Shown here: positions 1-7,923 of the stretch, piece after piece
How the letters are laid out: every line of letters begins with the position of its first letter
Numbering within the stretch: position 1 is the stretch's first letter
DNA from: an uncultured Chromatiales bacterium
GTDB lineage: Bacteria > Pseudomonadota > Gammaproteobacteria > Steroidobacterales > GCA-2729495
NCBI GenBank assembly: GCA_965601985.1
Contig: CBFCXA010000001.1
Coordinates: 1 to 33,798 of the forward strand
Reading direction: 5' to 3'
Length of the DNA: 33,798 nt
The notes under the pieces: model-generated
Told to the model about the DNA's origin: nothing
Seen by the model: the letters and a program-made list of their open reading frames with translations, nothing else
Databases searched by the model: none
Program-made: the position numbers and the translations under genes

Positions 1-477
1 GGTGTCGCTGACCGTATGAAGGATCGCATTCAGCGCCTGGTTTATCTCGACGCGCTGGTGCCGCGCACCGATCGCATGAGCGGTGTGGCGCGTAAGGAGG
101 ATGGCTCGTTTCCCGAGTACTGGCTCAAGCGCGAAGCGAAATTCATCGATGGTTACCAGATGGACTATTTCGCCGAGTACCCGCTGGAGATGCTGGTTCC
201 GGCCGACGACGAGGCCAACAAGGCCTGGCTGGCGCGGCGCATCACGCCGCATCCGGCGCGCGGCTGGTCCGACATGCTGGAACTCGAGAACGGTGGCTGG
301 GAGGGCGTGCCGCGAACATTCCTGCACTGCGTCGGCCAGGTCTACCAGCCGACCTCGCCGGCGATGGTCGGCCCGGCCAGGGAACCCGGCTGGGACTACC
401 GTGCGATGGACTGGTCGCGCGATGCGATGGTCACCCATCCGCAGGAGCTCGCCGACCTGCTGGATTCGCTGAGCTGA
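1..477 (+). CDS. alpha/beta-hydrolase fold protein, C-terminal part (5' end lies outside the window)
   Basis: Frame 1 is open from base 1, with no stop upstream of the listed ORF 16..477. The sequence (...RLVYLDALVP...TFLHCVGQ...) looks like the C-terminal half of an esterase/methylesterase-type alpha/beta hydrolase. Stop TGA at 475-477. Confidence 0.5.
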   Translation, partial: GVADRMKDRIQRLVYLDALVPRTDRMSGVARKEDGSFPEYWLKREAKFIDGYQMDYFAEYPLEMLVPADDEANKAWLARRITPHPARGWSDMLELENGGWEGVPRTFLHCVGQVYQPTSPAMVGPAREPGWDYRAMDWSRDAMVTHPQELADLLDSLS

Positions 478-573
478 CGACGGCCGCCGTGCAGCGGCGC
501 CGTCGCGTCGTGCCTGCTGCCCGACTCACCCAGGCTCGATAGTCTGTATTCATACTGAAATCGGAGATACCTG

Positions 574-1677
574 ATGCCCATCGATCGACGCGCTTTCCTC
601 ACCACCGCAGCCGCTGCGGCCGCGGCTTCCGGTTCAACGGCCACGTTGGCCGCTGGTTCGCAGCGCGCCCGCGTCTGGGAGGTTGGCGAGAAAGGCGGCT
701 ACGACACCATGCGGCTGGTCGAACGCGAAGTGCCGGCGCCGGGCCGCGGTCAGGTCATGGTCGACGTCGCGATGAGTGCAATCGCCGGCCGCGACCAGGC
801 AATCGTGCGTGGCTGGTTCCTGACCGACAAGCCGCCGACCCTGATTCCGCTGAGCGAAGGCGTCGGTACGGTGATCGCAGTCGGCGAGGACGTTCAACGC
901 ATCAAGACCGGTGACCGGGTCGTCTGCTGCCATTTCGCCAGCTGGGTCGATGGACCGTGGACGCAGGCGAATTACGCGGCCGACGTCGGCAACAATATCG
1001 ACGGCTGGCTGGGCGAGAAGGTGCTGCTGCCGGCGTCCGGGCTGGCCGTGTTGCCAGACGATGTTACCGATGAAACGGCCGCCACGATGACGGGGTCCGG
1101 TGTGACTTCCTGGCATGCGTTGCACGAGGTGGCCCGGGTCAAGTCCGGCGATACGGTGCTTACGCTGGGCACCGGCGGTGTGTCGTCATGGGGTCTGCTG
1201 CTGGCCAAAGCCGCGGGCGCGCGAGTCGTCGTGACCTCATCAAGTGACGAGAAGCTCGCAAAGATGCGCGAACTCGGCGCCGACTACACGGTGAACTATC
1301 GCAAGACCCCGGAATGGGGTAAGGCGGTAATGGAGCTCACCGGTGGCGTCGATATCGTACTGGAGAATGTCGGCCGCCCGACGCTGGATGAGTCCATGCA
1401 GGCCTGTGCGAACAACGCGATGATCGTGATGATCGGTACCGGCCCGGTGCCTGATCAGCTGCCGAAGATGCCTGGCTTCTACATCAAGAACCTGTCGATG
1501 AAGGCGATCAGCAATGCCAGTCGCCGGATGCTCGAAGATATGGTGCGCGCCGTGTCGGCGACCGACATCAATGCGGTGATTGGTGGGCGTTACGCGTTTA
1601 ATGACGTAGTCGAAGCGTTCGACTTCATGTCGCAATCGAGCCATATCGGCAAGGTAATCATCGACCACAAGGCCTGA
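574..1677 (+). CDS. Medium-chain (zinc-type) alcohol dehydrogenase / quinone oxidoreductase family protein with an N-terminal twin-arginine signal
   Basis: ATG at 574 is preceded by GGAG (563-566). The N-terminus MPIDRRAFLTTAAAAAAASGSTATLAAG fits the Tat motif (RRxFL plus an Ala-rich h-region). The body has the MDR layout, including the Rossmann motif TLGTGGVSSWGLLLAKAAGARVVVTSSS. Confidence 0.75.
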   Translation: MPIDRRAFLTTAAAAAAASGSTATLAAGSQRARVWEVGEKGGYDTMRLVEREVPAPGRGQVMVDVAMSAIAGRDQAIVRGWFLTDKPPTLIPLSEGVGTVIAVGEDVQRIKTGDRVVCCHFASWVDGPWTQANYAADVGNNIDGWLGEKVLLPASGLAVLPDDVTDETAATMTGSGVTSWHALHEVARVKSGDTVLTLGTGGVSSWGLLLAKAAGARVVVTSSSDEKLAKMRELGADYTVNYRKTPEWGKAVMELTGGVDIVLENVGRPTLDESMQACANNAMIVMIGTGPVPDQLPKMPGFYIKNLSMKAISNASRRMLEDMVRAVSATDINAVIGGRYAFNDVVEAFDFMSQSSHIGKVIIDHKA

Positions 1678-1693
1678 CTGAGACCCGAAACTT

Positions 1694-2770
1694 ATGACTG
1701 ACAAGATACCCGAGCAGATTCCGTCCATGGCCGCCATGGAAGCCAAGGCCCCGGTGCAGGATTACCTGTATCCACCCAAACCGCTGGCGCGGCTCGATGC
1801 CGATATTCGAGTCACTTATACCGGCGTCTGCGGGACGGACCTGCACATGATCGACAACGACTGGGAGCTTTCGCGATACCCGCTGGTGCCCGGCCATGAG
1901 GTTGTCGGCCATGTCATCAGGGTCGGCTCTGACGTGAAGGATCTGAAAGTTGGCGATGTAGTCGGGCTCGGCGCCCAGGCGCAGGCTTGTGGCGAGTGCG
2001 AATTCTGCCTGGAAGGCATCGACAATCTCTGCCCGAACCGGAAGTTCACCTATATGGAGAACACCGTCGACGAGACGGGCGAGCATGTACATCACGGCGG
2101 ATTTTCATCTTACATTCGCACCGATTCCCGCTACCTGTTCAAGGTTCCGGAAGGCTACGGAGAGCAGTACGTAGGCCCGTTGATGTGTGGCGGCCTGACG
2201 GTTGCGGCACCGCTCTACGAGTACGCCGGCAATACCTGGGACCTCGAGGGAAAACGTGTCGGCATTGTCGGTATCGGCGGCCTGGGTCACATGGCAGTTC
2301 AGTTCGTTGCCAAGATGGGTGCCGAAACCTATGCGATCTCGCGCGGTAAGAACAAAAAGGCGTTCTGTGAAGAACTCGGTGCCAGCGGGTTCATTGATTC
2401 ATCCGATGAAAGTGAAATGGAGGCCCATGCGGGGAAGCTTCACTACCTGCTGGTCTGCATCTCCGGTGGCGACGTTGATATCAATCATTACGTAGGCTTG
2501 ATGCGCCCCTACGGAATTATCCATTTCGTCGGCATTCCCGACAGTATCGTGAATTTCAACCTGATGCCGTTCACCTTCGGCCGCCTGACGCTGTCGGCAT
2601 CACCCATCGGTTCGAGCAAGCAGATGCGCGCCATGCTCGATTTCGCGGCAAAGCACGACATCAAGCCGATCATCGAGGAATTCACCCACAGCAAGGCCAA
2701 TGAGGCGCTCCAGAAACTCCGCGACGGCAATATCCGCTTCCGCGCAGTGCTAAAGAATGACCTGGTCTGA
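1694..2770 (+). CDS. NAD(P)-dependent alcohol dehydrogenase, cinnamyl-alcohol-dehydrogenase / YahK-like subfamily
   Basis: Catalytic zinc motif GVCGTDLH...PLVPGHEVVGHV, structural zinc motif CGECEFCLEGIDNLC, and Rossmann motif VGIVGIGGLGHMAVQF. The exact start is uncertain (ATG 1694 or an internal Met). Confidence 0.85.
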   Translation: MTDKIPEQIPSMAAMEAKAPVQDYLYPPKPLARLDADIRVTYTGVCGTDLHMIDNDWELSRYPLVPGHEVVGHVIRVGSDVKDLKVGDVVGLGAQAQACGECEFCLEGIDNLCPNRKFTYMENTVDETGEHVHHGGFSSYIRTDSRYLFKVPEGYGEQYVGPLMCGGLTVAAPLYEYAGNTWDLEGKRVGIVGIGGLGHMAVQFVAKMGAETYAISRGKNKKAFCEELGASGFIDSSDESEMEAHAGKLHYLLVCISGGDVDINHYVGLMRPYGIIHFVGIPDSIVNFNLMPFTFGRLTLSASPIGSSKQMRAMLDFAAKHDIKPIIEEFTHSKANEALQKLRDGNIRFRAVLKNDLV

Positions 2771-2795
2771 CCGCTGCTTGGGATAGCCTGTCTGA

Positions 2796-3126
2796 TAGGT
2801 CCGGGTCGGACCAAGCCAACCCGCTGATATAGAAAGCGATTCCTGCCGAGAGAGCGCATAAATCTGCCTTAGACGGGTCTTTTTGGGGGCAAAAACGACA
2901 GTCTTAGGCGAAAGGCTGTCTCTAGAGATCAGGCGATGCTGACAAACGCGGCAAGCAGCGTGGCGGCGCAGCCTTAGAGCAACGTTTTTCGTGCCAAAAA
3001 GCGTCCTCTAAGCGTTCGAATCGGTTAGAAATCATCCTGCTTTTTACTGAAAATCAATCACTTGTCTTGGTCCGACCCCGTTGGTGCGTTCAACTTGTCT
3101 TGGTCCGACCCCGTTGGTGCGTTGTA
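2796..3126. mobile_element. MITE-like non-autonomous element with terminal inverted repeats, copy A (right terminus duplicated)
   Basis: Left end TAGGTccGGGTCGGACCAAGCCAAC (2796-2820). Right end CTTGTCTTGGTCCGACCCC occurs at 3061-3079 and again at 3094-3112. The element aligns by eye along its whole length with 24978-25266, and its left half aligns with 28909-29046. It has no coding capacity and fills the gap between the convergent ADH stop (2770) and the treT-like stop (3130). Confidence 0.75.
3061..3126. repeat. 33-bp tandem duplication that contains the right inverted repeat of copy A
   Basis: cttgtcttggtccgaccccgttggtgcgttcaa (3061-3093) is followed directly by cttgtcttggtccgaccccgttggtgcgttgta (3094-3126). 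The two units are identical except in the last 3 nt. Confidence 0.9.
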
Positions 3127-3129
3127 AGT

Positions 3130-4569
3130 TCAGCCAGCTATCTGTTCGAGTATCAGTTGCAGGTGATCCGCGAGCGTGCGGATTGCCAGGTATCGCTCTC
3201 TGACGGTATCGCCGGCCGCCTCGCCGAGCCGCCGGCAGCGCAGGTCGTCGTCCAGCAGATCGTTCAGCGCGGCCATGAATTCGCCCTCGTCCCGGGGGTC
3301 GTCCAGCAACAGGCCGTTGCGGCCGTGCTCCACCTGATCCTGCAGGCCGCCGACCCGGCTGGCGATTACCGCGCGCCGTTTCCACATGGCTTCGGTCAGG
3401 GTCAGGCCGAAGCCTTCCTGCAGGCTCTTCTGCACGATAATGCGCGAGTGCCGCTGCAGCGCATTGACTATCGCGGCATTCTCGTCGACATCGACCATCG
3501 GCAGCATTGCCAGGTGCACGCGGCTGCGCTGTTCGTGCGGCAGCGCGCACCATGTCTCGAAGACCTCGCGGAAAACCGCCGGTCCTTCCGGGTCGTCGGC
3601 GACCGACATGACGCTCGGGCCGGCCAGCACCAGTTCCGCGCGGCTGCTCGTTCGCTGCCGGTGCCAGTGGGCGAAGCCGTGCATCACGCCGATGTGATCT
3701 TTGAGCCGGTCCCAGCGCGAGACCTGGATCACCAGCGGTACATCCGGTGACGGCGGTGGTCCGCAGCGCATGGTGTCGACAAACCGATCTACCCGGCCGG
3801 GGCTGCCGTCGGCGCGCCTGAACGTCAGCAGTCCGCGATCGGTTACCGAGCCGGCGACCAAACCGGTGTGCGCGAGAATTGCGCGCACGTTCGCAGACGG
3901 CATTGGCTGATTCTTGGGCGTGAACGCATCGATGCTCGGCGCAACGATCATCGATTTTCCATGATCCAATTCGTCAGGCACGTACTCCTGGCGCGAGAAA
4001 ATGTAACGGGGCACGCTGGGCAGGTACGGAGACAGGAAATCCCAGGCCTCGTCGGCTTCGTCGCTGCGTTCGCTGCCCCCGATATGACAGCGCCAGGCCA
4101 GCCGCGCGCCGTGTTCGGCGAGCGCTGGCGCCAGCCCGAGTGTCTGCGGGTCGTGCAGGATCACGAAGTCGCCCGGCTGCACCAGGGCCAGCAGCTCCGA
4201 CAGATTGGCGTCCAGCGTCTGCTCGTAGATTCGCCGGGCATCGTCGTCCAGCACACAGCCGTCGCCGGGTTCGCCATGCAGCGCATGGTGCAGCCGCTTG
4301 GTGATGCGGAAGAAGTCCGGCTTGCCGCTGATTACCAGCCAGCGCGCGTCCAGCCCGAGGTCGCGGCAGTAGCCGATGATCGCCGGCAGCATCTCGGCGA
4401 CGCCGCCGCCGACCGCGGTCGAGTTGATGTGCCAGATTGCGCCGCCTTCGAGGTGCGCCTGCACCGCGCCGGCCAGCTTGCGTACCTCGGCGACCCGGCC
4501 CGAGCCGACCTCACTCACGTAGCGAGTCAGGTCCTGGATAGGCAGGCTGACTTCCGTCAGTCGCTCCAA
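3130..4569 (-). CDS. treT: Trehalose synthase TreT-like GT4 glycosyltransferase
   Basis: The motif IWHINSTAVGGGVAEMLPAIIGYCRDLGLDARWLVISGKPDFFRITKRLHHALHG matches the TreT signature region as I remember it, and the C-terminal GT-B half is present (VQKSLQEGFGLTLTEAMWKRRAVIASRVGGL). The listed ORF runs to 4755 and overlaps the divergent gene that starts at 4651. I place the start at TTG 4569, which is preceded by GGGAG 6 nt upstream. GTG 4587 is an alternative. Confidence 0.65.
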   Translation of the reverse strand: MERLTEVSLPIQDLTRYVSEVGSGRVAEVRKLAGAVQAHLEGGAIWHINSTAVGGGVAEMLPAIIGYCRDLGLDARWLVISGKPDFFRITKRLHHALHGEPGDGCVLDDDARRIYEQTLDANLSELLALVQPGDFVILHDPQTLGLAPALAEHGARLAWRCHIGGSERSDEADEAWDFLSPYLPSVPRYIFSRQEYVPDELDHGKSMIVAPSIDAFTPKNQPMPSANVRAILAHTGLVAGSVTDRGLLTFRRADGSPGRVDRFVDTMRCGPPPSPDVPLVIQVSRWDRLKDHIGVMHGFAHWHRQRTSSRAELVLAGPSVMSVADDPEGPAVFREVFETWCALPHEQRSRVHLAMLPMVDVDENAAIVNALQRHSRIIVQKSLQEGFGLTLTEAMWKRRAVIASRVGGLQDQVEHGRNGLLLDDPRDEGEFMAALNDLLDDDLRCRRLGEAAGDTVRERYLAIRTLADHLQLILEQIAG

Positions 4570-4650
4570 GAAACACTCCCGGAACACAGATCTGCGATCC
4601 TCGGCGACTTCGAGATGAACCCGCGTGCGCGCTGACGGTAGACTGACTGC

Positions 4651-5790
4651 ATGAACCGAATCGTTCCCAAGCCCCTGCTGGCACTGCTGGCCATTATGCT
4701 TGTCACGAGCGCCGCCGCACAGCGCGACGACGGCGTATTCGACAGCGCCGAGCATTCATTCCGCGTCGAACAGCTGGTAACCGGCCTCAAGAACCCCTGG
4801 GGTCTGGCGATTTTGCCGGACGGTGACATGCTGGTAACCGAGCGCGGCGGCCGCCTGCGTCGGATTTCGGACGGGCGTCTGCTCGAGCAGCCGGTCTCCG
4901 GCCTGGCCGAGGTCACGCCGAAGGGCCAGGGCGGGTTAATGGGCATCGCGCTGCACCCGAGCTTCGCCGAGAACCGCCTCGTCTACCTGTCGTTCGCCGG
5001 CGAAGGCAAGGGCGGCGTCGGAACCGAGGTCATGCGTGGCCGGCTGGACGGCATGCAGCTGCGCGAGACCGAGGTGATTTTCCGCGCCGAGCCGAAGTCG
5101 GGCGCCGGTCGGCACTTTGGTTCGCGGCTGGTGTTCGACAAGCAGGGTTACCTGTTCGTGTCGCACGGCGATCGCGGCAAGCAGGATCGCGCCCAGGACC
5201 TGGACGATCATCGCGGCAGCCTGTTCCGCATCAACGACGACGGCAGCGTGCCGGCCGACAACCCGTTCGTCGGCCGGGCCGGCGCGCGAGAGGAAATCTA
5301 TGCCTACGGCCATCGCAACATCCAGGGCCTGGCGCTGGATCCGGTGACCGGGCGGCTGTGGAGTCACGAACACGGGCCGCAGGGCGGCGATGAGCTGAAC
5401 ATCGAGCGGCCCGGCGCCAATTACGGATGGCCGGTCATCACCTACGGGGTGAACTACGGCATCGGCACGAAGATCGGCGAGGGCACCGAGAAGCCCGGCA
5501 TGGAGCAGCCGGTACATTACTGGGTGCCGTCTATCGCGCCTTCCGGCCTGGCGGTTTATCGCGGCGACGCGTTCCCGGGCTGGCAGGGCGACCTGTTCGT
5601 CGGTTCGCTGAAGTTCGGCCTGCTGGTGAGGCTGTCCATCGAGGATGATCGCGTGCTCTTAGAGGAACGACTGCTGGACAATGCCTACGGGCGGATTCGC
5701 GACGTGGTCGCCGCGCCCGACGGCTACCTGTACCTGCTGACCGACGCCGACCCGGGTCAGCTGCTGCGCGTGGTGCCGGACCCGGGCTGA
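4651..5790 (+). CDS. yliI: PQQ-dependent soluble aldose sugar dehydrogenase (YliI/sorbosone dehydrogenase family), secreted
   Basis: Signal peptide MNRIVPKPLLALLAIMLVTSAAAQ. Family motifs PWGLAILPDG, GHRNIQGLALDPVTGRLWSHEHGPQGGDELN, GANYGWP. Confidence 0.8.
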   Translation: MNRIVPKPLLALLAIMLVTSAAAQRDDGVFDSAEHSFRVEQLVTGLKNPWGLAILPDGDMLVTERGGRLRRISDGRLLEQPVSGLAEVTPKGQGGLMGIALHPSFAENRLVYLSFAGEGKGGVGTEVMRGRLDGMQLRETEVIFRAEPKSGAGRHFGSRLVFDKQGYLFVSHGDRGKQDRAQDLDDHRGSLFRINDDGSVPADNPFVGRAGAREEIYAYGHRNIQGLALDPVTGRLWSHEHGPQGGDELNIERPGANYGWPVITYGVNYGIGTKIGEGTEKPGMEQPVHYWVPSIAPSGLAVYRGDAFPGWQGDLFVGSLKFGLLVRLSIEDDRVLLEERLLDNAYGRIRDVVAAPDGYLYLLTDADPGQLLRVVPDPG

Positions 5791-5795
5791 GCGGC

Positions 5796-6623
5796 TCAGC
5801 CGGGAGCCGGCTGGCAGCCCGGACAGAAAAACAGCCCGCGGCTCGACACACTGGTGCGCACGACTTCGCTGCCGCAGACGTGGCAGGCTGCGTCTTCCCG
5901 GCCGAATACCCAGAACCGGTATTGCTCGAAGCCCGCACCCTGCGCCTTGCCTTCACTGGCCAGCGCATCGCTGACGGTAACGCCGCGCTTGCGGTAGGCG
6001 CGGCGACTGATTCTCAGGGTTTCGCTTGCGAGCTTCTTCTTCTGCGGCGCGTCCAGGTCGACCGGCCGCAGGGCCGGGTGCAGTCCGGCAGTGAACAGGA
6101 TCTCGGAGCGCAGGTAGTTACCTATACCAGCCAGAAAACCCTGGTCGAGGTACAGCCCGCCCAGCGCGCGGCGCCGGAAGCGCTCCGCGCCCAGCCGCTC
6201 GATGATTTCATCCGCCGCCAGTGCCTTGTCGAGGATGTCCGGACCCAGTCTGCTCAAGAATGGGTGTTTGCGCTCCTGCTTCGCGGTCAGCACGTCGACA
6301 TCCGATGCGCTGTACAGCCGCGCGCTGTGCGTGCCGGTATGCAGCGCAACACGCAGGCTGCGTCTGGTTCTCGGCCGGGTATTCCGCCGGTTGGTGTACC
6401 AGCGCCCGTAGAGCTGGTTATGGCTGTACAGACTCAGCCCGTTGTCGAAGCGCGTGAGCATGGCCTTGCCGCGGGTATCGACCGCGGTCACCCTGCAGCC
6501 GGCCAGCCGCGACTCGTAGGCCTGCAGGTCCGGGAAGGCGATGAAGCATTCCTCGATTTCCTGGTCGACCAGCACCCGGGCGATGCGGTCGGCGGCGCGC
6601 CGGATTTCCGGGCCTTCGGGCAT
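5796..6623 (-). CDS. nei: Endonuclease VIII (Fpg/Nei family DNA glycosylase/AP lyase)
   Basis: N-terminus MPEGPEIRRAADRI (catalytic Pro2/Glu3), an H2TH region, and a C-terminal zinc finger CHVCGSEVV...FFCPGCQ. Confidence 0.85.
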   Translation of the reverse strand: MPEGPEIRRAADRIARVLVDQEIEECFIAFPDLQAYESRLAGCRVTAVDTRGKAMLTRFDNGLSLYSHNQLYGRWYTNRRNTRPRTRRSLRVALHTGTHSARLYSASDVDVLTAKQERKHPFLSRLGPDILDKALAADEIIERLGAERFRRRALGGLYLDQGFLAGIGNYLRSEILFTAGLHPALRPVDLDAPQKKKLASETLRISRRAYRKRGVTVSDALASEGKAQGAGFEQYRFWVFGREDAACHVCGSEVVRTSVSSRGLFFCPGCQPAPG

Positions 6624-6756
6624 GGGCGGCTCTCCCTGATCAGGCTAAACAGTTCGTCAGGCTTTCGGCCTGCGGATGCGCGCGGTGCTGCTCGACATGC
6701 AGATCCTCGAACCGCTAAGGTAACTACATCTGAAGATCCACGAAGAGGTCCCCAGC

Positions 6757-7923
6757 ATGGCCGCCAATCCAACCGCCGATTACGGCGTATTCCCGCGTCC
6801 CAGCCACGACGAAGCCGCGCGCCAGCGCTACGCGATGAACTTCCGCGGCTACCTGTTCGGCCCGCTGCGCGAGTCGGTCGGCAAGGCCTTTTATGCCAGC
6901 GCCGCGCCGGCCTTCGAGGCGCGCGAAGGCAAGAAGCTGGAAGACCGTCGCGATGCGCGCGCAGCTGCGCTGACGTTGCCCAGCTACCAGGCGTTCTCCG
7001 ACCTGCACCGGCTGAGCCAGGAGATGATCTGGAACAGCGTGATCGACACGCTGGATCGCACCGAGGATGAGCTGAACAAAGCCTACGGCGAGGTCGGCGA
7101 CGGCGGCATCGGCTCGCTGCGGCTGAACCCGGACCTGGAAATCCCGCGCTATGTGAGCGCAATCGATATTCACGTGATGCCTGGCAACTACCAGGCCGAT
7201 CGCGGCGACAATGACGTGATCACCGGCGCGCTGTATGACCGCGGCGGCTACCTGTACGGACCGGGCGGCGGCCCGCGCGGCGAGGGTATGGGCCACACCA
7301 GCCTCGCGTTTATCAAGCAGCACTATCCGGAGTGTAAGCCGAAACGCATTCTCGACATGGGTTGCGCCATCGGCGGTCCGACCGGGCCACTGGTCGATGC
7401 CTTCCCCGAGGCCGAGGTCTATGGCATCGATCTCGGTGCCTCGCTGCTGCGCTACGGACACATGCGCGCCGAGGCGATGGGCCGGAAAATCCACTTCAGT
7501 CAGCAGAGCGCGGAAGATACCGACTTCGAAGATGGCTACTTCGACCTGATCGTGTCCCACATCATGTTTCACGAAACATCGGCCAAGGCCGTGCAGCCGA
7601 TCCTGAACGAGTGCCGCCGGCTACTGGCGCCGGGTGGCGTGATGCTGCACCTGGACCTGCCATCGCCAGACCTTCTGCCCGACCCGTTCACCAAGGTGAT
7701 CTTCGACGGCGACGCGTTCTATAACAACGAGCCGTTCTGGATGCGCATGCACGATCTCGACTGGGCGGCGATGATGGAGAAAGCAGGCTTCGACAAGGAG
7801 CACCTTGCGGTGAGCGTCACGCCCGCCCTGATGCTGACGCCGCCGACCCCGGACAACCCGGAAGGCAGCTGGCAGCCCGGGCGACTGGCGTTTTCCGCCT
7901 TCCACGCGCAGGTGCCGGCCTGA
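6757..7923 (+). CDS. Class I SAM-dependent methyltransferase with a ~190-aa N-terminal extension of unknown function
   Basis: RBS GAAGAGG at 6743-6749. SAM motif I ILDMGCAIGGPTGPL, post-I motif EVYGIDL, and later motifs FDLIVSHIMFHE and LLAPGGVMLHLD. Confidence 0.75.
   Translation: MAANPTADYGVFPRPSHDEAARQRYAMNFRGYLFGPLRESVGKAFYASAAPAFEAREGKKLEDRRDARAAALTLPSYQAFSDLHRLSQEMIWNSVIDTLDRTEDELNKAYGEVGDGGIGSLRLNPDLEIPRYVSAIDIHVMPGNYQADRGDNDVITGALYDRGGYLYGPGGGPRGEGMGHTSLAFIKQHYPECKPKRILDMGCAIGGPTGPLVDAFPEAEVYGIDLGASLLRYGHMRAEAMGRKIHFSQQSAEDTDFEDGYFDLIVSHIMFHETSAKAVQPILNECRRLLAPGGVMLHLDLPSPDLLPDPFTKVIFDGDAFYNNEPFWMRMHDLDWAAMMEKAGFDKEHLAVSVTPALMLTPPTPDNPEGSWQPGRLAFSAFHAQVPA

Noticed and set aside
478-506. 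GC-rich inverted repeat (CGACGGC...GCCGTCG) after the first gene, as an intrinsic terminator
   Set aside because: The stem is imperfect beyond 7 bp and no T-tract follows it. The next gene starts 68 bp later on the same strand, so read-through is equally likely.
3009-3030. tRNA-like T-arm (GCGTTCGAATCGG, resembling the GTTCGAATC T-loop consensus) inside the repeat element
   Set aside because: I tried to build a cloverleaf around it. The would-be acceptor strands (GGCGGCG versus AGAAATC) do not pair, and no D-arm or anticodon arm fits. The T-loop resemblance is probably coincidental.
3061-3126. Possible CRISPR or attC-like array
   Set aside because: There are only two directly abutting 33-bp units with no spacers. 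There are no cas or integrase genes, and no GTTRRRY/RYYYAAC core pair. It is a tandem duplication of the element terminus.
4570-4755. N-terminal 62 codons of the listed treT-like ORF (3130..4755)
   Set aside because: They would overlap the divergent PQQ-dehydrogenase gene (start 4651) and its promoter region. Homology to TreT begins downstream, and an RBS-supported TTG exists at 4569.
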